From positions 608,001 through 672,000 of the forward strand of contig CAWJTV010000041.1 in NCBI GenBank assembly GCA_963845755.1: 64,000 nucleotides of DNA. The letters run 5' to 3'. The stretch is from an uncultured Planctomycetota bacterium (GTDB lineage: Bacteria > Planctomycetota > Planctomycetia > Isosphaerales > Isosphaeraceae). Position 1 is the first letter of the stretch. Every line of letters starts with the position of its first letter. Position numbers and translations under genes: made by a program. Positions 1-9,967 of the stretch are shown piece after piece. A model generated the notes under the pieces. It saw only the letters and a program-made list of their open reading frames with translations, searched no databases and had not been told where the DNA came from.

Positions 1-672
1 AGCGTCCGGGGCCGGGTCGTCGACGAACGCGGCGATCGCCTCGGGCTCTGGCGGCAGGCCGGTCAGGTCGAAGGTGAGGCGGCGGATCAAGGTCCTGCGA
101 TCGGCCTCAGGGCCGAGGGTCAACCCGCGCTCCTCGAGCGCCCGCTGGATGAAGCGGTCGACCGGGGTGCGGATGCGGCTTCGGTCCTGGACGGGAGGCG
201 GAACCGGGCGATTCGGCGCGGCGAATGCCCAATGGTCGGCGCCGGGTGCGGTCCTGGCCAATGTACCGACGTCCGGCAGGCCCTCGGCACCGTGTTCGAT
301 CCATCGGCGGAGGATCGCCTTCTCGTCGCTCGAGAGTGCCTCCTCTGGCTTCGGCGGCATCTCGTCGCTGGAGACCAGGTCCCAGAGCGGGCTCTCGTCC
401 AGATTCCCCGCCACCACGGCCGCCCCGTTCGATCCGCCCCGGGCCATCGATCGTGGGTTGCTCAGGTTGAGCTTCCCCTTGGGCTTGATCGGCCCGTGGC
501 ATTTCACGCAGCGTGCCTTGAGCAACGGCAGGATCTCACGGTCGAGGCTCGGGCGCGCGTGGGCGTCGCCGCCGCGCGCCGGTACGCCCGTCAGCAGGAG
601 CGTCGCGACCGCCACGATGCGTGCGAGATTCCGCCTCCTTCCCGCTTTCCGGATCATCTTGATACCGATCAT
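1..672 (-). CDS. Planctomycete cytochrome c / DUF1549 (PSCyt1-PSCyt2/PSD1-type) protein, 5' part (runs off window)
   Basis: Manual translation: signal peptide, ILPLLKARCVKCHG (CxxCH), EMPP, HWAF..P, 'PVDRFI...GPEADRRTLIRRLTFDLTGLPP' typical of DUF1549. Confidence 0.9.
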   Translation of the reverse strand, partial: MIGIKMIRKAGRRRNLARIVAVATLLLTGVPARGGDAHARPSLDREILPLLKARCVKCHGPIKPKGKLNLSNPRSMARGGSNGAAVVAGNLDESPLWDLVSSDEMPPKPEEALSSDEKAILRRWIEHGAEGLPDVGTLARTAPGADHWAFAAPNRPVPPPVQDRSRIRTPVDRFIQRALEERGLTLGPEADRRTLIRRLTFDLTGLPPEPEAIAAFVDDPAPDA

Positions 673-774
673 CAGCCCCCCCCGCGATGCGTCCAACCCA
701 CCGGCCACCTATCGGTTATTATGGGGGGAGTTCGGGCGTGTCTACAACCCGAGAGGTCGAGGTTCGTGCGCCGG

Positions 775-1368
775 TCACTTCACGATGCGTGCCGTACCGT
801 CCTCGGCGACCTCGATATCGATGGTGTTCGAGCCGCTCGCAACATCCACCTCCAAGCCCGATTCCTCGGGCACTCCGAGCTTCTTGGGCGTCACATAGCG
901 GTAGGCTCGTCCTCCGCGATCGCTGAACGTGTCTCCCGTCGCCTCGGCCCCGGCTTTCCGAGGCGGGGGACGGCGCGACTGATCGAGGGCCTTGGCCCGG
1001 TTCTTCATGAACTCCAGGGGCGCCTGATCGGGGGTGGGCAAGGGCTTATCACCGTCCTTGGTGACCGGCGTCGGATCGAGGCCGACGACGGAGATCTTGT
1101 GGTGGCCCACCAGAGCGCCATCACCTCCTTCGTCGGTGGAGAGGATATAGGTGCCGTCGCTCTTGATGGTCCCTGTCGCGATAGGGCCGTCGGACCCCTT
1201 CGAGGCGTCCGGCACGAAGGAGACGGTTCCGAACTTCACGGGCTCGCCCTTGTAGGTCACCTTCCCCTGGACGCGGCCGAGCGTCATTCCGTGGCCCGGA
1301 CCGCAGCCGGCCAGGGCTGCCGCCAGCAGCCCAGGCGCATACCATGGCAATCGCCATCGTTTCTGCAT
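775..1368 (-). CDS. Planctomycete lipoprotein (carboxypeptidase-regulatory-like fold), usual DUF1559 partner
   Basis: Lipobox LAGC; 'VQGKVTYKGEPV..GTVSFVP...GTIKSDGTYILST...GALVGHHKISV' pattern; directly downstream of DUF1559. Confidence 0.85.
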   Translation of the reverse strand: MQKRWRLPWYAPGLLAAALAGCGPGHGMTLGRVQGKVTYKGEPVKFGTVSFVPDASKGSDGPIATGTIKSDGTYILSTDEGGDGALVGHHKISVVGLDPTPVTKDGDKPLPTPDQAPLEFMKNRAKALDQSRRPPPRKAGAEATGDTFSDRGGRAYRYVTPKKLGVPEESGLEVDVASGSNTIDIEVAEDGTARIVK

Positions 1369-1401
1369 CGCGATCTCCCTCACCTCGTTTGTGGTGCCCA
1401 C

Positions 1402-2454
1402 TCAGTACGAATCCGACGAGATGATCTCGCCACCGGCCCGCGAGCCCAGCGCGTTATACGGGCGCGGGCTGATCGATTGCTTGACGAACCGGACCGAGCC
1501 GTCGGCCATCGCGAAGTTTCCGCCGCCCGGGTGCTTGCTCTTGAAGCCGTAGTTGTAGGTCTGGTTGCGGAAACAATGCGGTGTCGTAATCACGTTGAGG
1601 GCGCCGATGTTGCAGGTCGTCCCGTTGACGTCGATCTGGCCGTCCTGGAGGTTGGTCCGCCAGTTCAACGGGATGGCCGTCGATGAGTAGATCCCGTCAC
1701 CGTTGGTCCAGAGCAGGGATCCGTTGTAATAGGGCGAGTTCTCACCGACCAGGAAGGTGTTGCTCGTGCCGTCGGTCACGGCGGCGATCGTCACTACGGC
1801 GCCGTTGCTGCAATCGCCGAACATGCCGCGGAACGTGTTATTGCATCCCCATGACTGGGCCCCGTTGATGAGGGGGTCGCCGGTGTATTGATCGAAGATC
1901 GGGTTACCCACCCGCATATCGCCCCAGTTCGCCACGTAGCAGATCACCGCCCCGGTGAAGTTATTCGCGCCATTGGCGATCTGGGTGGTCGAGACCCAGT
2001 TCAAGTTGGTGAAGAGCTTGAGGGTATCATCCGACGGGCATTGGTACGTGTTGATGATCGTGAGGTAGACCGTGGAGTTCTCGGGGCTGGTGTCGCCGCC
2101 GGAGTTGTTGTCCCAGGTGAGCAGCCCGTGCGCCGAGAAGTTGATCGAATTGTAGAGCGGTCCCATCTCCATGTCGGGCAGGATGTACGCCGCCCACGGC
2201 CACCAGGGGCCCGACCACAAGCCACCGGGAGAGTTGCTGCCGCCGGCGAGAGAACCGGGCGGGAAGCTTCCCACGTTGCTGACGTAGTTGTGCATCGCCA
2301 GGCCGATCTGCTTCAGGTTGTTGGTACACTGGGCGCGCCGCGCCGCCTCCCGCGCCGCCTGGACCGCCGGCAAGAGCAGCGCGATCAGGACCGCGATGAT
2401 CGCGATCACCACCAGGAGCTCGATCAACGTAAAGCCGCCTCGTCGCAAACGCAT
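1402..2454 (-). CDS. DUF1559 (prepilin-type N-terminal cleavage/methylation, H-X9-DG) protein
   Basis: [41 protein letters not shown]-terminal [14 protein letters not shown]; start reset to MRLRRGG. Confidence 0.95.
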   Translation of the reverse strand: MRLRRGGFTLIELLVVIAIIAVLIALLLPAVQAAREAARRAQCTNNLKQIGLAMHNYVSNVGSFPPGSLAGGSNSPGGLWSGPWWPWAAYILPDMEMGPLYNSINFSAHGLLTWDNNSGGDTSPENSTVYLTIINTYQCPSDDTLKLFTNLNWVSTTQIANGANNFTGAVICYVANWGDMRVGNPIFDQYTGDPLINGAQSWGCNNTFRGMFGDCSNGAVVTIAAVTDGTSNTFLVGENSPYYNGSLLWTNGDGIYSSTAIPLNWRTNLQDGQIDVNGTTCNIGALNVITTPHCFRNQTYNYGFKSKHPGGGNFAMADGSVRFVKQSISPRPYNALGSRAGGEIISSDSY

Positions 2455-2893
2455 CGTTCGCCTCCTCCGCGATTGCGGGGATGAGGGAGATGAAGATAAG
2501 AGACTGATCGGACACGTTTGGCCATGATCAGGAGAGATCCGACATCGTCGCCTTGTGCTCGCGTGGCGAGGTCTTCGCCAGTAACTCACCCCCGAGGCGA
2601 CCTCGCTTCGGCGGACATCGAAACTCGGAGCTGTTCCCACATCCCAACCCGAATGTCCAGCAATCCTCCGTCGCGTGAGATGAGTCTGGAGATCGGCCTG
2701 GAGAATCCTGACAAGCATGAAGTCATCTGAGGATGCGGAGACTCTCGACGACCGATTCCGACCGGAGCCATCCACGCTGCTTCTTGGGGTCTTCGGGAAC
2801 TCTCGAAACTCTAACGAGATCATGCGAAGATAGGCAACAAAAAATTTTAAAATCCCCAGGCGCAGGAGTTCTTTGGGATCGGAGGACCCTTTC

Positions 2894-3286
2894 ATGGCAC
2901 TGGCACACATCACGCTAGCGACCCGCGATGTGCGGCGGTCGACGGCCTTCTTCGAGGAAACACTAGGTTGGCAGCCTCTGGCCCGGCCGAACAACATCGG
3001 CCGGCCGGCCGCCTGGCTGGCGATCGCTCCGGGGGTGGAGCTGCACCTGATCGAGGACCCCGAGTTCGAACCCTCGCCGTTCGAACGCGAGTACGGCCGG
3101 CACGTCGCCATCACCGTCCCGCTTGATGAGTTCCCGGCGCTCCAGGAGCGACTGAAAGCCCACGGCGCGACGCTCATGGACCCCCTGCGCGGCACGCCGT
3201 TCCAGCGGTTCTTCTTCCGCAGCCCGGACGGATACGTCTTCGAAGTCGTCGAAGACGATCACCACGAGCCAAGATCCCTGACTTGA
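2894..3286 (+). CDS. VOC/glyoxalase family protein
   Basis: [39 protein letters not shown] motifs. Confidence 0.9.
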   Translation: MALAHITLATRDVRRSTAFFEETLGWQPLARPNNIGRPAAWLAIAPGVELHLIEDPEFEPSPFEREYGRHVAITVPLDEFPALQERLKAHGATLMDPLRGTPFQRFFFRSPDGYVFEVVEDDHHEPRSLT

Positions 3287-3310
3287 CGTTGGACCAGGCA
3301 GCCTCCTTAC

Positions 3311-3658
3311 AGTCTTCCTCCGTAGGATCCCTGCGCCTCCGCGCCTCTGGGGATTCCGAATTCCGGATTCGAGATTCCCGATTCCCGGATCATTCCCCTT
3401 CGGGAATCCGGAATCGCGAATCGGGAATCCCGATGGGGTTGCGGCCGAGGAACGCTGACGAAACAACTTCCCGGAATCGGACCAGCCCTAACTCGTTCCG
3501 ACGCTCTGCGTGGGAATGCCTTCTTCGACGCTCTGCGTCGCGGCCTTCGGCCCCGCCCGTGGGACGCGGAGCGTCCCGGACGGCATTCCCACGCGGAGCA
3601 TTGGGAACGAGGGGAAATCGGGAGGTTGTTTCGTCAGCGTTCCAAGGCCGCGTTAGGG
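3311..3658. repeat. Dispersed palindromic element built from GATTCCC/GGGAATC-like heptamers, copy A (interrupted by an inserted MITE)
   Basis: Shares CGTAGGATCCCTGC, heptamer arrays and GGTTGCGGCCGA/AGGCCGCGTTAGGG ends with the reverse complement of 50512-50677. Confidence 0.75.
3449..3643. mobile_element. MITE-like element with 25-bp terminal inverted repeats, containing a REP-like palindrome pair (3492-3611)
   Basis: GGAACGCTGACGAAACAACTTCCCG (3449-3473) vs CGGGAGGTTGTTTCGTCAGCGTTCC (3619-3643), 24/25 match; inner CTCGTTCCGACGCTCTGCGTGGGAATGCC ... GGCATTCCCACGCGGAGCATTGGGAACGAG. Confidence 0.75.
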
Positions 3659-3949
3659 CTTCTTGGGCTCCGCGGGCGGTGGCGTGGAGGAAGTATCCGG
3701 CTTGATCACCGGCGAAGCCAGATCGTGCTGCAGGTCCTGCTCGAGCTTCGACGACTTCCCGGGTTCGACGGGGTTCGTCTGAGGTGGCACCGGCGGCGCC
3801 GGCGGTCGAGACGGTCCGGCGTTGGGTAACGGGCTGATCGGGGCGCTCGTCGGTGCCGATTCCTCCGGGGCACAGCCGGAGGCGACCATGGAGGCGACCA
3901 CCAGGGCCGGTAGAGTCAACCAGGCTTTCCGATTCGTTCTGACCGACAT
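3653..3949 (-). CDS. Small Pro-rich lipoprotein
   Basis: MSVRTNRKAWLTLPALVVASMVASGC lipobox; AGGAG upstream; low-complexity Pro-rich body. Confidence 0.65.
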   Translation of the reverse strand: MSVRTNRKAWLTLPALVVASMVASGCAPEESAPTSAPISPLPNAGPSRPPAPPVPPQTNPVEPGKSSKLEQDLQHDLASPVIKPDTSSTPPPAEPKKP

Positions 3950-4089
3950 GGGTTTTCTCCTATCAAAGCGTGATGAAGATTCCCTGCCGGTCACTTTCCT
4001 GCACGATGCGTGCCTCCGAGGTTGGAAATACCGCGCAATCCGGGGACCAGGGGGTACGCCTGCTTCCTTCCCCGTCCGGTTGACTCTTC

Positions 4090-4653
4090 TTAGCGACCCA
4101 CCCCCAGCGAATCCGCCACGCGGTTGATGTAGTTGAACCACGACGCGATCAGGGTGATCTGGAGTATGGCGCGGTCGTCGAAGCCCGAGGCGCGGAGCCG
4201 CTCATGGTCATCCGGCGAGACCCTGGTCGCATCCTTGGTGAGCTTGACGACGTAATCGATCATGACCCGCTCCTGATCGGTGATCGGAGCCTTCGTGTAA
4301 TCCTCGCGAAGCGCCTGGACGAGGTCGTCGTCCAGGGTGACCCGACGCAGAAACTCTGCGTGTGAGACAATTCAGTAATGACACTTGTTCGTGAGCGAGA
4401 CCATGGTCGCGATCATCTCATGCTGCCGGCGCCGGAGCGGCAGGTCCGGCGACATGAGGGAGCCGAATGTGGCGAACGCGTGGTAGAGCGCCTGCGGGAT
4501 CAAGGAGTGTGAGGCGACGATCCCCGGCAGGCCCTGGTCGAGCTCCTGCACGGGCTGCGCATATTCCGGGGGATAGAGCGTGCGCTGATCGGCCATCGCC
4601 TTGAGTACTGCGTCATCCTCGCCGTCCAACGGAGTTGTTCGAATCCAGGCCAT
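4090..4653 (-). CDS. AhpD/carboxymuconolactone decarboxylase-family peroxidase-like protein, probable selenoprotein (CHYU; TGA at 4372-4374)
   Basis: The frame continues through TGA: ...[26 protein letters not shown]...[22 protein letters not shown] to TAA at 4090; completes the CxxC-type AhpD motif. Confidence 0.9.
4345..4361 (-). promoter_or_regulatory. Candidate bacterial SECIS hairpin
   Basis: ACGCAGA-GTT-TCTGCGT, 7-bp stem starting 10 nt after the UGA. Confidence 0.7.
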
Positions 4654-4679
4654 GAGTGGAAACCCCTCTCCGGTTCAGT

Positions 4680-6113
4680 TCAAAGGTCGGTGAAGGCGGT
4701 CGCCGCGGAAGATTCCTCGCCCGATCCCTTTGGCAGGCGATCAGCCGCGCCGGCCGGCGGTCGCCGCGACATGACCCATGCGGCGACGGGCACTCCCAGC
4801 AGGACGACGGCGAACCCGATCCCGACGCGCCGGGGATCGCGCAGAGTCTGCAGGAGGATCACGATCACGATCGGGACGAGGGCCAGCAGGAGCGTAACGG
4901 GATAGCCGGGCACGGACAAGGGGGTCTTCGTCAGCCGGCGTGCGCGGCGTTGGAGGACGAAGACCCCGGCCAGGGCGAGCGCCAGGAAGGCCAGGGTCGG
5001 GACCATGAAATAATCGAGGATCTGTTCGAACGTGCCGGTCAAGGTGAGCACGCAGGCCAGCGCGGACTGGATCGCGATGGCCCGCAGGGGAGTCCCCCAG
5101 CGCGGGTCGATCGCGGCGATGGTGGGGAAGAACAATCCATCTCGCGCCATCGCGTAATACACGCGCGGGAATGCCATGAGGACCGCGGCCAGGCTGCCGG
5201 CCACCGAGGCGACCACGCCGGCCGCGAAGAGGATCTCCCCTGTGCCGCCGAAGAGGGCCCGGCCGGCCAGGGCCGCGAACGCCGCCCGGTCCTGGTCCGT
5301 CGTGATCTGGTCCGGCGCGACCAGATAGAGGAACACCACACTGACGGCAATGTAGACCATCGTGACGATCGACACGCCCAGCACCAATGCGCGGGGCATG
5401 GTGCGTTCGGGATCGCGGACCTCGCCCGCGATCTTGCTGGCATCCCACCAGCCCGCGATCGAGATGAAGGCCAGGATCAGGCCGCCGCCCAGGGCCGTCA
5501 GCGGCGGGTCCGAGCCGGCTCGCTGGGTCCAGAACGGCGTCAGGTTCGACCAGTCGCCGCCGCCGGAAGCGAAGCCCCAGACGACGAGGAAACCGAGCAG
5601 GCCCAGCTTCAACCCCGTCAAGGCGCGGAGGACCCCCGAGCCCAGCGCGATGCCCACCATGTTGAACGCGGCCAGGCCCACGATCGCGGCGATGGCCACC
5701 GCCTTCAGTGCCCAGCCGGAGAGCGGTGCCAGGTGCGCGACGTAGTCCGCCAGGCCGACGGCCAGCATCGCGGTCAAACCCGGGTCGGTGACCAGCATCG
5801 AGAGCCACCCGTAGAGGAAGGCCGTGCGCGGTCCGAACGCTTCTCTCAGATAAACGTAGACCCCGCCGGCCTCGGGATAGCGCGCCGCCAGGCCGCCGAA
5901 GCACAGGGCCCCGCCGATGGCGCTGATCCCCATCGCCAGCCAGACCGCCACGATCCATGTTGGCGAGCCCAGCGACTTTGCCATCCCGGCCGGCGCCAGG
6001 AAGATCCCCACGCCGATCACCTCGCCCACGACCAGGGCGGTCGCGGTCGCCAGGCCGAGTCGACGCGCCAGGTCCCGCTTCGGCGCGATGGTATCGTCCG
6101 TCTGGTTGTCCAT
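4680..6113 (-). CDS. APC-superfamily amino acid permease
   Basis: GEVIGVGIF..P, YPEAGGVYVYLREAFG, GEVRDPERTMPRA, PRVYYAMARDGLF; about 12 hydrophobic segments. Confidence 0.93.
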   Translation of the reverse strand: MDNQTDDTIAPKRDLARRLGLATATALVVGEVIGVGIFLAPAGMAKSLGSPTWIVAVWLAMGISAIGGALCFGGLAARYPEAGGVYVYLREAFGPRTAFLYGWLSMLVTDPGLTAMLAVGLADYVAHLAPLSGWALKAVAIAAIVGLAAFNMVGIALGSGVLRALTGLKLGLLGFLVVWGFASGGGDWSNLTPFWTQRAGSDPPLTALGGGLILAFISIAGWWDASKIAGEVRDPERTMPRALVLGVSIVTMVYIAVSVVFLYLVAPDQITTDQDRAAFAALAGRALFGGTGEILFAAGVVASVAGSLAAVLMAFPRVYYAMARDGLFFPTIAAIDPRWGTPLRAIAIQSALACVLTLTGTFEQILDYFMVPTLAFLALALAGVFVLQRRARRLTKTPLSVPGYPVTLLLALVPIVIVILLQTLRDPRRVGIGFAVVLLGVPVAAWVMSRRPPAGAADRLPKGSGEESSAATAFTDL

Positions 6114-6186
6114 GATCCGTCATCCGGAAGAGATGCTCCCGGCCCTCGCCTCGTCGGGGCGGGTTCCGAGAGCATCGATCGTTCAT

Positions 6187-7257
6187 TCAATAGTCCGACG
6201 CACTGATCACTTCGTTGCCATTCCGGGTGCTCAGGGCGCGCCACACGGTCAGGGCCACGCTGTCCTTGATGAACCGGACCGACCCGTCGCCGAACAGGAG
6301 GTTGACCCCGCCGGGGTGAGAGCTCGACGGGGGGAGATCCACGGCCATGTTCGCCATCGAGCCCATCATCATTCCAGAGGACATGCTCGCACAAGTCCGC
6401 GTATTCGGCGTGCCGACGTGGTTGTAGGTCGAGCAGCTCATGTCGCCGATGGCCCAGGTGGCTCCCATCCAGCTCGTGAGGGGCATGGCCATGCTCGGGC
6501 TCATGCTGGTGCACATCTGCAGGGTTTGATCGATGGTCAAGGCGGTGTTCATCATGTACATGTCGTTCTTCAGGTCGGGTGTCCCCTGGCCGCGGCGCCG
6601 CTCGCTGAAGAAGGCGGTGTTGCTGGTCCCGTCGGTCATGCTCGCCAGGTTGACGCAGCTCATGTTGTAGAGCGGGCCCTGGGGCAGATAGCCCGGCGCG
6701 ACCGTGCTGGGGGTCTGCTGGCAGCAGTCGCAGAGCCATGACCCCTCGTTGCCGAAGTAGTTGTTGCCGCCGTCCCAGCCGGGCGGGCCGCTCGCCGAGG
6801 ACGGGTCCGACGGGCACAGGAATGCCGACATCGCGATCCGGCACACCGTGCTGTTCTCGCGGTTCGGGTCCTGGAACGCCGGCATGAACCCCATGTTGTA
6901 ATTGTCCATGAACGGCGTTTCCGGCGGCAGGTTGAAGTTGATCGCGTTGAATAAGGGTGTTTGCTCGAAGAAACCGAGGATCTGGCTGTGAGTGGACCAT
7001 CGGGCGTAGGTCGGCGCCATGGGGATCACACTCATGTAATTATTCCCCTTGCCGAAGGGGAGGCTATTGAGCGCATCGACGTAGTTGTGCAGGGCCAACC
7101 CGAACTGCTTGAGGTTGTTGGTGCACTGGAACCGCCGGGCCGCCTCCCGCGCCGATTGCACGGCCGGCAGGAGCAGCGCGATTAGGACCGCGATGATCGC
7201 GATCACCACCAGGAGCTCGATCAGGGTGAAACCCGATCGGCGATGATTCCGAAGCAT
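6187..7257 (-). CDS. DUF1559 protein, Met/Cys-rich variable region
   Basis: GFTLIELL prepilin motif; [14 protein letters not shown]. Confidence 0.95.
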   Translation of the reverse strand: MLRNHRRSGFTLIELLVVIAIIAVLIALLLPAVQSAREAARRFQCTNNLKQFGLALHNYVDALNSLPFGKGNNYMSVIPMAPTYARWSTHSQILGFFEQTPLFNAINFNLPPETPFMDNYNMGFMPAFQDPNRENSTVCRIAMSAFLCPSDPSSASGPPGWDGGNNYFGNEGSWLCDCCQQTPSTVAPGYLPQGPLYNMSCVNLASMTDGTSNTAFFSERRRGQGTPDLKNDMYMMNTALTIDQTLQMCTSMSPSMAMPLTSWMGATWAIGDMSCSTYNHVGTPNTRTCASMSSGMMMGSMANMAVDLPPSSSHPGGVNLLFGDGSVRFIKDSVALTVWRALSTRNGNEVISASDY

Positions 7258-7338
7258 GGATCATCCTTTCATAGGATAAGATCAGGGCCGTTCACGGTGC
7301 AAAGGCCTTCTGAAACGCCCGTCACGTCGGGATGCGAT

Positions 7339-7814
7339 TCACTTCCGAAGCATGTCGCGAAAGACGGTCACCGATGGACTCGTGCCGACGAGGTACCACA
7401 CCGTCTTCTCGGCGGCCTTCCCTTGACTCTTTCCCGGGCCGTTCAGCGTGAGCTTGACCTGGACGCGAAGATTGGCGTCGTAGGCCTTGCCGTCGTCGAT
7501 CACCTGATAGTCGACCAGCCTGGCGCCGGCGGCCCAGTCGAAGTCCTGGACGGTCATCGGCGTCGCGGACGATGCGAGCGACCTGGGATCCTCCCCTTTC
7601 TTCCACTGCTCCAGGGCGGTCTTGAGCGCCTCGCGGGCGCAGGCGGGTTAACGGCATGAGCACCGGCGGAGCCCGAGCAGCCCGAGAAGAACAGGGTAGC
7701 CAGCACGCCGAGGCAGGCGGCCAGCACGCCGAGCGTGCCGTACCAGCTCAAGTCGCGGTCGCCCCGCCGGGCCACGGAATGCGCGAACGTCATCGATTTC
7801 GTCGTGATGATCAT
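7339..7814 (-). CDS. Lipoprotein partner of DUF1559 (frameshifted near 7640, probably sequencing error)
   Basis: FFSGC lipobox; joined frames give AREALKTALEQWKKGE...VQDFDW..GARLVDY, similar to 11306-11713. Confidence 0.75.
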
Positions 7815-7850
7815 CAGTCACCTCCAATTCGTTGATAAGTCCCTGGACGC

Positions 7851-8810
7851 TCAGAAGCTGTCGGCACTGACGATCTCGCCACCGTTCCGAGTCCCCAGTG
7901 CACGCCAGGTTTGCAGGTTGACCGAGTCCTTGACGAACTTGACCGATCCGTCGCCGAAGCAGACATTGACGCCGCCGGGATGACGGCTGCTCGGCGGCAT
8001 CACCGCGCGAAGGGCGATGAAGAACCCGCAGGACCGCGAGTTCGGCGGCGTGACGTGCAGGAAGATGTGCTGCCCATTCAGCCACGGCGCGCCCATGAAG
8101 AGCGGGAACTGATTGTTCAGGTCGAAGATATTCACGGCCTGGCAGATCTGCATGGCCTGGTCGGGCGTCGTGGGGGACGCGGGCGAGAAGAACACGTCCG
8201 CGACCGGGCTGACGACCGCGTTGTTGCCGTCGGCCAGGACCCGCTCGCTGAAGAACGTCGTATTGGATAGCCCGTCGGTGATCGCGGCGAACGTCGTGGC
8301 GCTGTCGCCGTAGAAGATGCCATTGGGCTGGGGCAGCCCGGCGTTGCCGCCGACCGCCTGCTGCCAGACGATGCCGCTGCCCATGTTGGCCATGTAGTTC
8401 GTCTGACCCCCCAACGAGGGGATCGGATCCGGCAGGTCCGAGGGACAGATGAAGCCGTTGATGACCGTCATCATGGCGGTGAAGTTGGTCGGATCCTGAT
8501 AGGAAAAGTCGCAGTTGATCGTGTTATACACGTTCGACTGCTCCAGGTACGGCAAGATCTGCGAGAGGGCCGAAAGCTCGGTGGCGTTGGGGCTGTTGTA
8601 CACCATGTCGGCCCCCGGCAAGGCATTGCGCGACTCGAAATAATTGTGCAGGCCAAGGCCGATCTGCTTGAGATTGTTGACGCACTGAGCCCGCCGCGCG
8701 GCCTCCCGCGCCGCCTGCACTGCGGGCAAGAGCAGCGCGATTAACACGGAGATAATGGCAATGACCACCAGCAGCTCGATGAGCGTGAATGCGGAACGGC
8801 GACGAATCAT
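7851..8810 (-). CDS. DUF1559 protein
   Basis: [14 protein letters not shown]...; [14 protein letters not shown]. Confidence 0.95.
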   Translation of the reverse strand: MIRRRSAFTLIELLVVIAIISVLIALLLPAVQAAREAARRAQCVNNLKQIGLGLHNYFESRNALPGADMVYNSPNATELSALSQILPYLEQSNVYNTINCDFSYQDPTNFTAMMTVINGFICPSDLPDPIPSLGGQTNYMANMGSGIVWQQAVGGNAGLPQPNGIFYGDSATTFAAITDGLSNTTFFSERVLADGNNAVVSPVADVFFSPASPTTPDQAMQICQAVNIFDLNNQFPLFMGAPWLNGQHIFLHVTPPNSRSCGFFIALRAVMPPSSRHPGGVNVCFGDGSVKFVKDSVNLQTWRALGTRNGGEIVSADSF

Positions 8811-9187
8811 GGGGATCTCCTTCGATCGTATGTGGGTCAATGATGGAAACGGAATTGAAGCGATTGATTGACTCGTGCGCACATTCACACCAGGGACCGG
8901 TCCTCGATGGGTCGAGTCAGGGGCCACGGGCTCTTCATGACGTCACGGAGCCGCGGTGGAATCCAGGCCCTGAGATCGATCCGGTGTCATCGCGAACGGA
9001 GCCGGGTGGGTCAGCTGGTGTGCGACGCGGTAGCCCGATCGAACCGGGATAGCTCTCTGCCCATGCGATGACGATCGAACCTCGACCCAGCAAGGGTCAC
9101 CTCGAACCTGGAGGGAGAAAGGCCCGATTCGCTCGAGTCTTGCGACCATGCGCACATGAAGATTGAGCGGACTGTTGAGATGTCGGG

Positions 9188-9627
9188 TCAGGCGGGAGGA
9201 GGATGGAAGATGGAGGGCTTTTCTCCGGCGGCCCGCTCGGACGGTTCATCGACCGTTCGACTCGGCGGAGTGAGTGGGGGAGGATCGCCAGCGTTGTCAA
9301 GACGCCCCATTGGTCGGAGCGGTCGGAGTCTGGGGAAGCGTCGTCGGGGCCGGCATGGGAACTCGGTTCGAGCAACCCGGACCCGAGCACGGTGTAGGAT
9401 GCTTGGGTCCCGGCTCTCCCGCGGGATCATCCGAGCGTGAGGAAGGCGAGCCGCCGGTAATGAGCTTATCGAGCTGGTTGATGCCGAGGAGCCGATGGGA
9501 ATGCGAGGAGACGAGGTGATTGCAGACGGCCCAGGCGGGGCGAGCCATACCGAGACCGTGGACCAAGAGCAGCATCAGCGCCTCCGGTTGCCCACCGCGT
9601 CACTCGCTCAAAACGCCTGTACTTCAT
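9188..9627 (-). CDS. Leader ORF copy 1 (signal peptide, AxAxCNH, PCSGPGCS, C-terminal FHPP); frameshifted
   Basis: Pieces in successive frames: MKYRRF.., ..ARPAWAVCNHLVSS..PCSGPGCS.., ..DQWGV.., ..KPSIFHPPPA*; paralogous to copies 2-4. Confidence 0.7.
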
Positions 9628-9967
9628 TATTGTCTCACGGCCGAACGGGAGATATCCCGTTCGCGGAAACCCATCTTGAGGTTGATACCTTGAGATGCCG
9701 AGTTGAAGGGACAATGTCCCCACTTTCGTTGAGATAACATACACGCTCGGGGCATGGCATTGCAAGAAGTTACCAGAGAGAAATCCCATGCCCCGTTCCG
9801 AGACGAGGGACCGAGGTCATCGATCGCAGCGAAACGGGTCGTGTCTCCTTCGAGGGCCGCAAATCACTTCTGGCTCATGTGAGGAAGCTCGTGGGCGGGC
9901 AGGTCCCGCGGGAAACCAGTCAGGTCTTCCCGCGGGAATCCCACTCCAGCGAAAGCCACCCCTCCCG

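Noticed and set aside
2455..2890. A fifth leader ORF upstream of the DUF1559 at 1402-2454
   Set aside because: The long intergenic region lacks the CxH / PCSGxxCS / xPP motifs in the frames examined
3350..3640. Short repeats as a CRISPR array
   Set aside because: No constant repeat with unique spacers and no cas genes; the structure is palindromic/MITE-like
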